From Candidatus Woesearchaeota archaeon (GTDB lineage: Archaea > Nanobdellota > Nanobdellia > Woesearchaeales > JAGVYU01): a stretch of 58,848 nt of DNA. Below are positions 24,108 through 33,816 of the stretch, piece by piece (the first letter of the stretch is position 1; each line of letters opens with the position of its first letter). The position numbers were made by a program, and so were the translations under genes. Under the pieces are notes generated by a model. That model saw nothing but the letters and a program-made list of their open reading frames with translations, did no database searches and had not been told where the DNA came from. The stretch is taken from contig JBDROB010000047.1 of the NCBI GenBank assembly GCA_043810355.1, positions 1-58,848 of the forward strand, given 5' to 3'.

Positions 24108-24572
24108 ATGATCTCAAAAAAAGATGCCCAGATAATATCTCATCTTAGGAATAATGCTCGAAAAAAGATTACTTCTATATCCCTGCAGACAAACATACCT
24201 GTAACAACAATCTATGACAAAGTAAGGAATCATGAGAAGAAATTCATTAAAAAGAACACATGCCTTCTGGATTTTCAGCAGTTTGGGATGATGGCAATGG
24301 CATACATCTCAGTCAAGGTAAATAAGGAGGGCAGGAAAGATCTTCAGGATTTTCTTCATAAGAAATCAAATGTCAATTCACTTTTCATAACAAACTTTGG
24401 TTCAGAATTCCTTTTTCAGTGTGTATTCAAGAATAATTCTGATGTGCATAATTTTGCAGATGAGATTGAGACAAGATTCCCTATAATTGACATAAAGGTA
24501 TTCAATATTATTGAAGAGCTTAAGTGTGAAGATTTTTTGACAAAACCAGAGCATTTTGATATGCTGAACTGA
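24108..24572 (+). CDS. Lrp/AsnC-family regulator
   Basis: N-terminal HTH (DAQIISHLRNNARKKITSISLQTNIPVTTIYDKV) plus a RAM-like C-domain. Paralogous to 50828..51289. Confidence 0.8.
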   Translation: MISKKDAQIISHLRNNARKKITSISLQTNIPVTTIYDKVRNHEKKFIKKNTCLLDFQQFGMMAMAYISVKVNKEGRKDLQDFLHKKSNVNSLFITNFGSEFLFQCVFKNNSDVHNFADEIETRFPIIDIKVFNIIEELKCEDFLTKPEHFDMLN

Positions 24573-24626
24573 AAATAAGTTTTGGAGGTTTGCTATTGAT
24601 ATTAGCGTGAGCTATATAATCATAGC

Positions 24627-25850
24627 ATGAGCTATAAGATGAGAAAGATTCCAATTGCACAGGTTGCCTATCGATCTGAATGGGCATTGGCAAAGTTTTT
24701 TGATGCATTAGCTTTAGGCACAATACAAGAAAGATTTGAATTAGTCGCTGTCTGCGGTGTTGAAAAGACAAAAGAAGAAGCTATTGTAAAATTAAGGGAA
24801 GAGATAATCAATAGGGTACGCCTTGTCGCCAAGACAGGATTCAGGGTTGACCAGAGGATTGATGAGATTCAGAGCTCTCTTCGCCTTTTGGACCAGCTTG
24901 TTTCCAAACTGGAATATCATCATGTAAATAATGACCCTTCATTGATAGACCAGTTTTTTGCATCAGATTTTGAAGCAGTTGTAGTGCATTCAAGAAATAT
25001 AACTCATCTTACTTATATTGATGGAGGGATTAAGGCTGGAAAGCATGTATTATGCGAGAAACCATTGATTCCAGTGCTTAACCAGAGAGGCAAGCCGTAT
25101 CATGATGATATTGCAGAGCTTGAGGATATTGTTAGAAAGGCACCTCCAAACTGTGTTCTTATGGATTCTGAGCATTATAGTTATAAGCAAGCTTCATTAG
25201 TGTTTTATGAAAATTTTCCTAAGATTCTTGGTGGAAAGAAGATAAAGAGGGTTGAGGGTGAGCTTGCTGAGATTGACGATCCTGGTTTTGGAAGGACCAA
25301 AGAAATATTGAGCCAGGAGAATTGTACAGGTCTTATGGGTGACACATTATGCCATCTTCTAGCATTTATCTCTAATCTAGGCGCAAAGCCTGTGCCTGTT
25401 CAGAGAAAGTATGGCAATTATTCTGGATATGGAGTTGATACATATGATGTTGTGGACTTTGAAGTCAGGGATTGCCCTGATTATTTCACAAATGATGCAA
25501 TTGCTCAATTCAGGGTTGTAAAGTTCATTGACCTTCTTCAGACACCTGAAAAGGATGAGAAAAAGTACATAAAATTCACTCTTGATGATGATACAGAAAT
25601 TAAATTGGATTTCAGAGATGGAGAAGTGACAAAAACTTTTAATGGAACTACTCAACCTGTAGCTTTTCGTTATATTCCTTACAAAAATGAATATGTGAAT
25701 ATCTTGAACACACTTTATGAATCAATCGTAAATGGGACACAGCCACGCACAACCTTCACCCATTCTTTGGCAACATTGAATGCCATCCATCAGGCGTATT
25801 GTCTTCCTTCAGCAAATAATATTCATGAAGAGGTGTATAAACCTAAGTAA
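24627..25850 (+). CDS. Gfo/Idh/MocA-family oxidoreductase
   Basis: AGKHVLCEKPL signature. Confidence 0.65.
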   Translation: MSYKMRKIPIAQVAYRSEWALAKFFDALALGTIQERFELVAVCGVEKTKEEAIVKLREEIINRVRLVAKTGFRVDQRIDEIQSSLRLLDQLVSKLEYHHVNNDPSLIDQFFASDFEAVVVHSRNITHLTYIDGGIKAGKHVLCEKPLIPVLNQRGKPYHDDIAELEDIVRKAPPNCVLMDSEHYSYKQASLVFYENFPKILGGKKIKRVEGELAEIDDPGFGRTKEILSQENCTGLMGDTLCHLLAFISNLGAKPVPVQRKYGNYSGYGVDTYDVVDFEVRDCPDYFTNDAIAQFRVVKFIDLLQTPEKDEKKYIKFTLDDDTEIKLDFRDGEVTKTFNGTTQPVAFRYIPYKNEYVNILNTLYESIVNGTQPRTTFTHSLATLNAIHQAYCLPSANNIHEEVYKPK

Positions 25851-25879
25851 CATAAGTAGGGGAAATTAGGAGAAATAAA

Positions 25880-26404
25880 ATGAAGTCTATAAAACTGAAT
25901 CTAGGATCAGGGGAAAAGATTGAGAAAGGATTTGTCAATATTGACAAGGTCAAGTTGCCAGGTGTTGACAAGATTTGGGATCTTGAAAAGACACCTTTGC
26001 CATTCAAGACTAATTCAGTCTCTGAAGTCAACTGCGAGCATATCCTTGAGCATATCCAGAACTTTCTCCCTTTGATGGAGGAATTGCATAGGATATGCAA
26101 GCCAGGAGCAAGGATACAGATTTCAGCTCCTTATTACAGGTATGAGGGTTCTTTCAGGGATCCTACTCATGTCAGGTTTTTTACAGAAAACACTTTTTAT
26201 TATTTCCAAAATGGAGTCAAGTTCTGCCATTATTCAAAAGCTAGGTTTAATGTCAAGGATGTCCAGTTGAAGAACCATTTCTTCAGTGATGTGAAGAACT
26301 TCCATAAGAATATTATTCCTTGGATTCCTTTCAAAAGATTCCTAAACCTCTTTTTCTGGAATATCTATTCTGAAATAAACTATGAATTGGAGGTGGAAAA
26401 ATGA
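25880..26404 (+). CDS. class I SAM-dependent methyltransferase
   Basis: LNLGSGEKIEKGFVNID ... EHILEHI ... KPGARIQISAP. Confidence 0.75.
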   Translation: MKSIKLNLGSGEKIEKGFVNIDKVKLPGVDKIWDLEKTPLPFKTNSVSEVNCEHILEHIQNFLPLMEELHRICKPGARIQISAPYYRYEGSFRDPTHVRFFTENTFYYFQNGVKFCHYSKARFNVKDVQLKNHFFSDVKNFHKNIIPWIPFKRFLNLFFWNIYSEINYELEVEK

Positions 26405-27837
26405 AAGTTGCAGGAATTTACCCTCAGATAATCAACATTGATCCAAAGATCCAGCATGCAGTGTCAGAGCCATACGGCCTTCAGATGATTTTGTCTGTTG
26501 CAAAACAGGATGGACATGAGGTTGAGCTGTTCATGCCAGTTGTTGAGGAAAATGGTGAGATCAAGAGCACTAGCGAGGATGAGATGATTCAGAGGATCAT
26601 CAGGTTCAAGCCTGATGTTGCAGGATTCTCAATGTACACAGCCCAGTATCCAATGGGAGTTAGGGTTGCCAATAGATTGAAAAAAGCCATTCCAAATTTA
26701 GTCACTGTTGGAGGAAATAGATATCCAACTTTTTTAGGGGATTATATTGATGAGCCTTTTGACTTCTTTGTATTGAAAGAAGGAGAGACATCTTTCAGGA
26801 ACTTATTGTACTCTTTAGGAAATGGAAGGAAATTTGAGGATGTCAAAGGAATCACATTCAGGAGAGATGGAAAAGCAATAAATACTGGAATTCAGCCAAG
26901 AGTCTTTGACCTTGACACTTTGCCTAATGCTTTAAGACAAGACATAATATTAAAGCAGGTTTACAAAGGCATCTCAATCCCTCCATTGTCAACTGATCCC
27001 CATTATGCAATAATGGAATACAGCAGATGCTGCTACAATAAGTGCAAGTTCTGCGATAATGCTGGCTTTTGGGGTAATAGGGTCACTTTTAGGACTCCAA
27101 AAAAGGTTGTGGATGAGATGTTTGAGCTTAAGGAAAAAGGTGTAAATATATTTTATTTTATGGATCTTAATTTTACTGCATTTCCAAATAAAGCCAAAGA
27201 GCTTTGTGATGAGATGATAAAGAGAAAACTGGATGTCTCATGGTACTGCATGAGCAATATCTCCACCTTAGATGGGAATGACTGGCTTCTTCATCTGATG
27301 AAAAAAGCAGGATGCTACAAGATTGCGTGGGGAATTGAATCAACCTCTGACAAGAATCTTGAGAAGATGGACAAATCAACTCATGGTGAGATGATGACAA
27401 ATGATCAGGCAAGAAGAGTGTTGGAAAATACATTGAAGGTAGGAATATTGAATCAAGGCTATTATATCATTGGATTTCCTTGGGAGACTCCTGAGTCAAT
27501 TGAAAAAGATGCAGAATTCCTGAAAACCATCCCTCTTCATCAGTTGAATATTGGCATTTTTACTCCAATCCCTTTGAGCAAATTCCATCATGAGATGATC
27601 CAGGAAGGATATAAGTTTGATCCTGATCTTGAGAAATATGACAGGAATACCTTGATCTTCAGCCATAAGTATCTTGATAATGCAAAGATCAAGGAGTTGC
27701 AGAAAAAGATCTACAATGATTTCTATGACTCTCCAGACTATTTAGAAAGAATCAAGAGGTCATGCAAAATTGATTTAAGGTTTATTCAATCTTTTAATGA
27801 GTATTTTGAATTTCTTGGAAAAGATTTGAGGGTGTAA
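26401..27837 (+). CDS. B12-binding-domain radical SAM enzyme
   Basis: CCYNKCKFC (CxxxCxxC) after an N-terminal Rossmann-like B12-type domain. 4-nt overlap with the upstream gene. Confidence 0.8.
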   Translation: MKVAGIYPQIINIDPKIQHAVSEPYGLQMILSVAKQDGHEVELFMPVVEENGEIKSTSEDEMIQRIIRFKPDVAGFSMYTAQYPMGVRVANRLKKAIPNLVTVGGNRYPTFLGDYIDEPFDFFVLKEGETSFRNLLYSLGNGRKFEDVKGITFRRDGKAINTGIQPRVFDLDTLPNALRQDIILKQVYKGISIPPLSTDPHYAIMEYSRCCYNKCKFCDNAGFWGNRVTFRTPKKVVDEMFELKEKGVNIFYFMDLNFTAFPNKAKELCDEMIKRKLDVSWYCMSNISTLDGNDWLLHLMKKAGCYKIAWGIESTSDKNLEKMDKSTHGEMMTNDQARRVLENTLKVGILNQGYYIIGFPWETPESIEKDAEFLKTIPLHQLNIGIFTPIPLSKFHHEMIQEGYKFDPDLEKYDRNTLIFSHKYLDNAKIKELQKKIYNDFYDSPDYLERIKRSCKIDLRFIQSFNEYFEFLGKDLRV

Positions 27838-27840
27838 AAT

Positions 27841-28617
27841 ATGGCAAACAGAAGAAAATCAGTTATCGTCACTGGCGGTTCAAAAGGTATAGGATTTGCA
27901 ATAGCCAAGAAATTTTATGAACAAGGGTATCATGTTGCAATCTTATCCAGGAACAAGGATGAAGTGTCAAAAGCAGCTGAATCAATAAGAAAACATTCTA
28001 CTGGAATAATTGTGCCTTATATGTGTGATATCAGAGATGCACAACAGGTATCAACAACTTTTAGGAATATTTATCAAAATTTTTGTTCCATTGATGTTCT
28101 TGTTAATAATGCAGGAGTAAATTCAAGAAGGGCAATGGATACTTCTGATCCAAAAGAGTGGTTTGCCAGATTTCCTGATAATTTTAAAGGTTGGAATGAT
28201 GAGATTGCTACAAATCTTACTGGTGTCTATATCTGCTCTTATGTTGCTGCAGGTTATATGCTTCATCAGGGTCATGGCACAATTATCAACATATCTTCAA
28301 TAAAGGGAAAAGAGCCGACTTCAAGCCCAGGTTATGGTGCTTCAAAAGCAGGTGTCATAAAACTGACAAGGGATTTTGCAAAGTCTTTGGCTCCTCATGG
28401 GATAAGGGTGAACTGCATCGCTCCAGGATTCATTGACTGCGGGATGACATCTGAGCTTCCTGAAGATAAGAAAGTGAAATACAGGGCAATGATCCCTGCT
28501 GGAGAGTTTGGCAGTGTTGAGGATATAGCAAGGGTTGCCTTTTTTCTTGCTTCAGAAGATTCCAGATATATAACTGGAGCAACTTTAGATGTAAATGGTG
28601 GATATTTAATGGATTGA
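27841..28617 (+). CDS. short-chain dehydrogenase/reductase (FabG-like)
   Basis: TGGSKGIG, NNAG, S...YGASK catalytic pattern. Confidence 0.9.
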   Translation: MANRRKSVIVTGGSKGIGFAIAKKFYEQGYHVAILSRNKDEVSKAAESIRKHSTGIIVPYMCDIRDAQQVSTTFRNIYQNFCSIDVLVNNAGVNSRRAMDTSDPKEWFARFPDNFKGWNDEIATNLTGVYICSYVAAGYMLHQGHGTIINISSIKGKEPTSSPGYGASKAGVIKLTRDFAKSLAPHGIRVNCIAPGFIDCGMTSELPEDKKVKYRAMIPAGEFGSVEDIARVAFFLASEDSRYITGATLDVNGGYLMD

Positions 28618-28628
28618 GGAATTTAAAA

Positions 28629-29354
28629 ATGATAATTGACCTAACTTATCCAATACATGAAGGGATGTTCAAGTATCCGAGTGATCCTGACCCTGAGATA
28701 TATTTCAAACTTTCTGAGTCTGTTGTAAACTCAAAAAACTATGTACATAAATTCACATCAGGTTTTGTAAATTTAACAATAAGAAACCATCATGGAACGC
28801 ATGTTGATGCACCTGCACATAAGTTGCCTGGAGGTAACACTATTGATGATTATCTTCTGGATAGGTTTGTGAACAAGGCTATTATTATTGAAATTCCTGA
28901 TATAGCATCTAGGGAATTGAAATCAGTGTTATTCGAAGATGTTTATACAAGAGTTGATTTTAAAGCTTTAGAGGAAAATGGTGTTACTGCATTGCTTTTC
29001 TATACAGGATATAGTGATAGAATTGCTGAGAATGAAGGCAAGCTAAATGGTAAAGAAAAAACAGATTTTGAAAGTGATTTTACATATTTAACTCCTGCTG
29101 CTGCACTTTATCTTTCAGAAAATGCTCCTTTCTTGAATATTGTTGGGATTGATTCATTTTCATTTGATCCAAAGGGAAGCAATAGTGAAGCTCATAAATT
29201 ATTTTTTATTAGGGATATTTTATTGTTAGAAACATTAGTCAATCTTGCTGACCTGAGTAAGGTAGTAGGTAATACACCATTTGAGCTTATTTCAGTCCCT
29301 TTGTTGTTTAAAGGTGCAGATGCAGCTCCATGCAGAGCATATGCAATAATATGA
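28629..29354 (+). CDS. putative cyclase / kynurenine-formamidase-family hydrolase
   Basis: HHGTHVDAPAH metal motif. Confidence 0.7.
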   Translation: MIIDLTYPIHEGMFKYPSDPDPEIYFKLSESVVNSKNYVHKFTSGFVNLTIRNHHGTHVDAPAHKLPGGNTIDDYLLDRFVNKAIIIEIPDIASRELKSVLFEDVYTRVDFKALEENGVTALLFYTGYSDRIAENEGKLNGKEKTDFESDFTYLTPAAALYLSENAPFLNIVGIDSFSFDPKGSNSEAHKLFFIRDILLLETLVNLADLSKVVGNTPFELISVPLLFKGADAAPCRAYAII

Positions 29355-30985
29355 ACTTTAAATCAGAAAAAAAGTACACAATGAAAAAAACAAAGATTAT
29401 GTTTGTACATCCGCCATTTCCTATCAATCACAGGCATAAGCTTGTTATACCAATATCAGTCTGTAAGATTGCTTCTTATCTGAGGGAAAATAATAATTCT
29501 GTTGAAATGAAATTAGTTGATGCACATGTAAATAACTTCAGGAACAAACAGATTCTTGAAAATATCAAAGAGTTTGATCCAGACATTGTTGCATTTGGAT
29601 TCTGGACATGCCAGTCGCCATTTGTGTATAAATTATCAAAATTGATTAGGGAACTAAATAATTACATAAAAATCATTTACGGAGGAATCCATACCAGCTT
29701 TAATCATGAAGAATGCTTAAACTATTGTGATGTGGCAATAATTGGAGAGGCTGAAAAGACTTTCACAAACCTTGTTGATGCTATCCAGGAAAAAAATAGT
29801 CTGTATGATGTCAAAGGAATTGCATTCAAGAACAGCCCTACTGTTGTCAAGACCCATGATCAGCCTCTTATAACTGATCTTGATGATATACCTTATCCAG
29901 CCTTTGATCTTGTTGACATGAAAAAGTACATAAACAGTGATAAGCTGAGGCAATTGCATGTGATTGGTGGCAAAAGGGTTCCAATTCTTGCTTCTAGAGG
30001 CTGTCCTTACAATTGCAGTTTCTGCCTCTCTCCAAGCATGTGGGGAAGGAAAGTAAGGTGGAAATCTCCATCAAAAGTCATTGAAGAGATCAAAAGATTG
30101 AATTCTGATTTTGGTTTTATTCGATTCCAGTTTTATGATGACAATTTTCTTTTGAACAGGGAATTTATTGAAAGATTGTGTGATCTGCTTATCACTCTTG
30201 ATTTTGACATCAGATGGGTTGCCTTGTCAAGGGCAGCTCATGTTGTAGAGAACAAGGATTTGCTTCCAAAACTGAAACAAGCAGGTTGTGTCGGCATTGA
30301 GATGGGTCTTGAGACTGCAGACAACAATATCCTTGAAAAGATAAACAAGGAGCAGAATATGGACATTGTTGATATGGCTGTGAAGTTTCAGATAGAGGCA
30401 GGGCTAAACCCCCTCTATACAATAATGGTGCTGAATCCTGGTGAGACAATAAAGAGCATAAGGGGATTGAGAGAATATGTTGAAACAAAAATCCCTGAAT
30501 CAATCAATTACAAGTTTTTTGGATCTGCTCCAAACCTTACTCTAGGCCAGTTTGCAACTCCTGCTCCTGGAACTGCTTTTTTTAAGAACAGGTTTAGCCA
30601 AGGCATTGTTCTTATGGATGATTGGAGTGATTATTTTCATCATCAGATAAATTTCATCCCTCATTCATTGCTGAATGATATCCCGTTGGCATTCAAGACA
30701 TTGAATGAATATGATATTGAACAATGTGTTGAAGTGGCAAAATCCTCGCTCTTCAAGTATTTTCCAGGAAATGAAAAAGTTGACAATAAGAATGAGGAAG
30801 ACATGAAGAGGATTTCAAAAAGATATTATGCTTTGGCAAAAGGGAATAAGTCAATCAAAGAGATTGCTGATCAGATATCAAAAGAATATAAGATAGATAT
30901 TGAAAAGGTCCTGAGATTTGTTGCATTGGCGACAATAGTATTTTCTCAGAAGAAAATTGTTGTTGAAAAGCTGTGGGGTGCTTAA
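29351..30985 (+). CDS. B12-binding-domain radical SAM enzyme (second paralog)
   Basis: SRGCPYNCSFC. ATGA overlap with the cyclase stop. Confidence 0.8.
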   Translation: MNFKSEKKYTMKKTKIMFVHPPFPINHRHKLVIPISVCKIASYLRENNNSVEMKLVDAHVNNFRNKQILENIKEFDPDIVAFGFWTCQSPFVYKLSKLIRELNNYIKIIYGGIHTSFNHEECLNYCDVAIIGEAEKTFTNLVDAIQEKNSLYDVKGIAFKNSPTVVKTHDQPLITDLDDIPYPAFDLVDMKKYINSDKLRQLHVIGGKRVPILASRGCPYNCSFCLSPSMWGRKVRWKSPSKVIEEIKRLNSDFGFIRFQFYDDNFLLNREFIERLCDLLITLDFDIRWVALSRAAHVVENKDLLPKLKQAGCVGIEMGLETADNNILEKINKEQNMDIVDMAVKFQIEAGLNPLYTIMVLNPGETIKSIRGLREYVETKIPESINYKFFGSAPNLTLGQFATPAPGTAFFKNRFSQGIVLMDDWSDYFHHQINFIPHSLLNDIPLAFKTLNEYDIEQCVEVAKSSLFKYFPGNEKVDNKNEEDMKRISKRYYALAKGNKSIKEIADQISKEYKIDIEKVLRFVALATIVFSQKKIVVEKLWGA

Positions 30986-30986
30986 A

Positions 30987-31892
30987 ATGCTGAAACAAGG
31001 TGAGATTGTGAGTCATGATATGAGTCATGGAAATGGATTGGCTCATTTTATTCCAGAACCTTTGATTGAAAAAGGTTACAAGATAAAGCCAAGGCATCTT
31101 GGTGAGCTGATGAAATATGGCAGAGGCCCTTATACAATGATCGTAAAGAAGAATTGCGGTTTTGAAAACCTTCCTCTCACAGATGTGTATGAGGGTGCAG
31201 AGCATTTACCTGATGATCTTTCAAAGAAACTGCCTAATCTGACTTTATTGAACCATTTGAGTGACGGCAATTCTTTTTTTGTCTATGGATGCACTATGGG
31301 CCATACTCATCCTGACAATGGATTGAGTGCCCAGGAAGTGTATGAGTTTTTTGGATATGGCGCAATGCTTCTGGCTTCAAGGGATGATGCAGAGCATAAA
31401 TATGTCCAGCTTCATGTTGCAAGACCAGGTAGTAAGGTGATTGTTCCTGGCAACTGCATCATGACCCTCTATAATTTGAACATGAGTGATGGCAAGCCAA
31501 TGCCATTATTGACAGCTGACATGGCTAATCCTTGGAACAATATGAGTGACAAGGATGTTATTGAGGAAAAAGGTGCCATGATGGTTATGTATGCAGCAGA
31601 TGGATCATTCGGCCCTCACATTGTGCCAAATGGCAGTTACAGCCATTTTGTCCTTCCATATCCATGCTCTTTTGGCATTAAGGCAGACCAGGGTGAAGGA
31701 AGTGCAATTGTTCAGGCTATTCTGGATAAGAGAGACATGTTGAGAAAGCATAATATTGAGGTCATTGAGGCAAGAGAAGATCCTGTATGTATAGGAGTTG
31801 ACGGCCAGACCTACAAACTCGACAGACCTTTGGATGAACTGGTGAATGATCCAGACAAGCCTGTCCATAGATTGTTGGGAATGGTTGATTAA
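30987..31892 (+). CDS. cupin-fold protein resembling archaeal cupin-type phosphoglucose isomerase
   Basis: TMGHTHPDNGLSAQEVYEF His/Glu cupin motif. ATG 30987 lies just after the upstream stop. Confidence 0.5.
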   Translation: MLKQGEIVSHDMSHGNGLAHFIPEPLIEKGYKIKPRHLGELMKYGRGPYTMIVKKNCGFENLPLTDVYEGAEHLPDDLSKKLPNLTLLNHLSDGNSFFVYGCTMGHTHPDNGLSAQEVYEFFGYGAMLLASRDDAEHKYVQLHVARPGSKVIVPGNCIMTLYNLNMSDGKPMPLLTADMANPWNNMSDKDVIEEKGAMMVMYAADGSFGPHIVPNGSYSHFVLPYPCSFGIKADQGEGSAIVQAILDKRDMLRKHNIEVIEAREDPVCIGVDGQTYKLDRPLDELVNDPDKPVHRLLGMVD

Positions 31893-31954
31893 ACCCATTT
31901 TTTCTTTTTCTTACCCAAAACTTTAAAAACAATTTCTCATCATCATACAAATAT

Positions 31955-31978
31955 GCCTCTGTAGCTTAGCCAGTAATG
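31955..31978 (+). other. orphan duplicate of a tRNA 5' end (acceptor strand plus D-arm start)
   Basis: GCCTCTGTAGCTTAGCCAGTAATG compared with GCCCCTGTAGCATAGCAGCTATTG at 32689. The shared upstream TACAAAT is also duplicated. Confidence 0.6.
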
Positions 31979-32056
31979 TTTTTCTAATACATTAATTGAA
32001 AAATTTCCGATTTTATTGACGATAAACATATTAAGGAGATATTATTATTTATTCAA

Positions 32057-32698
32057 ATGTTAAAAAACATTAAATTAAATGAAGAAATTTGTGAATTTAT
32101 TGGAGCTTTCATTGGTGATGGTTATATGGGAAATTATGGAAAACATAAAAGTCAATATTTAATAGGAATCGCAGGTGATAAAAAACTTGATTTAGATTAT
32201 TTCAAGAATTATTTAAAACCTTTGATTAAAAGAAATTTTCCTTTTACAAATCCAAAAATATATTTTAAAAAGAATGAAAACTCAATTATGTTAACAATTT
32301 ATTCTAAGGAATTATATCATATTTTTTTAGAGTTAGGATTTAACACTGGGAAAAAATCAAGAGTTGTTAAAATCCCCCATCAAATTCTGAAAAATGACTT
32401 ATTCATGAAATCTGCAATTAGAGGAATTTTTGATACTGATGGATGTTTGTATTTTGATAAAAGAAAACCTTATTTAAAACCATATCCAAGAATTACCTTA
32501 CAAATTGCAAGCCAGAAACTATTAAAACAATTAGAGAAGTTTTTATCAAATCATTTTAATTTATACCTAAATTATAATAATAGAAATGGATATAGAAACT
32601 ATATAGAGATTTATGGACATGACCAATTAGAAAAGTTTTTAAAATTGATAAGTTTTTCTAATAAAAGGCACTTAATCAAATTACAAATGCCCCTGTAG
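32057..32698 (+). CDS. LAGLIDADG-family homing endonuclease-like protein
   Basis: Two dodecapeptide-like motifs, FIGAFIGDGY and IRGIFDTDGC. The stop codon lies inside the tRNA-like 5' end. Confidence 0.85.
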   Translation: MLKNIKLNEEICEFIGAFIGDGYMGNYGKHKSQYLIGIAGDKKLDLDYFKNYLKPLIKRNFPFTNPKIYFKKNENSIMLTIYSKELYHIFLELGFNTGKKSRVVKIPHQILKNDLFMKSAIRGIFDTDGCLYFDKRKPYLKPYPRITLQIASQKLLKQLEKFLSNHFNLYLNYNNRNGYRNYIEIYGHDQLEKFLKLISFSNKRHLIKLQMPL

Positions 32699-32808
32699 CA
32701 TAGCAGCTATTGCGTTTGTGATAAAGTGTGCACTTTATTTCCGCAAAACCTTGGTACTATTAATTACCAGTAAGGTAAAGGTCGTGAGTGCAAATCTCAC
32801 CAGGGGCT
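32689..32808 (+). tRNA. tRNA-like gene with about 45 nt of extra internal sequence; anticodon not resolved by eye
   Basis: 7/7 acceptor stem GCCCCTG/CAGGGGC. D-arm GCAT..TTGC. AGGTC variable loop. T-arm GTGAG-TGCAAAT-CTCAC (atypical G at loop position 2). T-run afterwards. Confidence 0.45.
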
Positions 32809-33222
32809 TTTTCTATTTTTAATTATTTCTTATGACTATACTCAACTAATGATACAGGATCTGATTTAACCATAACAGTATAATGTTAACCATCTGTTCC
32901 TTCTACTTTTCCTTGACCTGTAAAATATTGGCCAACATATATTCTTTGGCCTCTCTTATGGACAAATTTTTTTGACATCAGTGTTTTCCAATACCCTCGA
33001 ACTGGATGAGCAGGTCTAGGTGATTTTGATTTTTTTATTTTTTTATATCATCAATAAATATAAACCTAAAAGAATAGTCTATCAACATAATAAAATGTAT
33101 AATAAGATGGTTAGTAAGATTATAATTAGATGATTAGTAAAATTATAATAAAATAATGAGTAAAAAATAGGAAATATAATAGAAAATAAAATAATTAATA
33201 AAAAAAAGAATCAAGAAAGAAA

Positions 33223-33816
33223 TCAATAATTTCTTCCTTTAATCTTGTTTCTGAATACAGCGCTTCTTGAAGGCCTTAACTTTTCAGCTCCTTTTCCTTT
33301 ATGTAACAATCCTCTGCTTTTCTTTCCAGAGCTTGTCAAGCCTCTATTTACCCTTCCTCTGTGCTGAGAGCATCCGATCCAGTTGATCCTGTCATCAGAC
33401 AGAATTGCTGGATGAGCCCTGTCAACCAATATGACCTCATACCAATAATATCTTCCATCTTCATTTAGATAATAGCTGTTTAGGACTTCGCAGTTTGGAT
33501 ATTTTTTATTTGCCCTGATCTCAGCCACAGTCTGATAGCTCAGATTAAGGTCCTTTCTTCTGCTCATCCTTTTTGATTTTCTTCCTTTGATATTTCCAGG
33601 CTTCATCCTTTTGCTTCTATTCACTCTTTGCCTGATTATAAGATATCCCTGCTTTGCCTTATATCCTAAAGAACGAGCTCGATCAATCCTTGTTGGCCTC
33701 TCCAGCCTTATTGTAACAGGCTCTTTTCTCCATTTTATGAGCCTCTGCTGCAATATTTCCTTCATATTCTGATCTGGCTTTTTCCAAATCTCTCTTACAT
33801 ATTTGTAAATTCCCAT
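33223..33816 (-). CDS. rpl15e: 50S ribosomal protein L15e
   Basis: MGIYKYVREIWKKP...LGYKAKQGY...WYEVILVD full-length L15e pattern. Confidence 0.95.
   Translation of the reverse strand: MGIYKYVREIWKKPDQNMKEILQQRLIKWRKEPVTIRLERPTRIDRARSLGYKAKQGYLIIRQRVNRSKRMKPGNIKGRKSKRMSRRKDLNLSYQTVAEIRANKKYPNCEVLNSYYLNEDGRYYWYEVILVDRAHPAILSDDRINWIGCSQHRGRVNRGLTSSGKKSRGLLHKGKGAEKLRPSRSAVFRNKIKGRNY

Noticed and set aside
2466-31950. Many 60-125-aa ORFs nested antisense or out of frame inside long genes (for example 2466..2687, 12532..12840, 14372..14888, 17397..18118, 20396..20861, 23065..23847, 30210..30503, 31605..31950; beyond this span also 48720..49209 and 49699..50213)
   Set aside because: They are shadow ORFs inside well-supported coding regions, with biased low-complexity composition and no independent start signals.
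32830-33040. Minus-strand remnant reading ...PRPAHPVRGYWKTLMSKKFVHKRGQRIYVGQYFTGQGKVEGTDG-stop next to the tRNA-like gene (possible integrase or other gene fragment)
   Set aside because: It is only about 45 codons with no start upstream of the internal Met, and I could not assign a motif confidently. It may be a gene relic but is not supportable as a feature.
33100-33180. Tandem approx 22-nt repeats (AGATGGTTAGTAAGATTATAAT / AGATGATTAGTAAAATTATAAT) downstream of rpl15e
   Set aside because: It is very AT-rich low-complexity sequence with only about two units, and is not distinguishable from slippage noise by eye.
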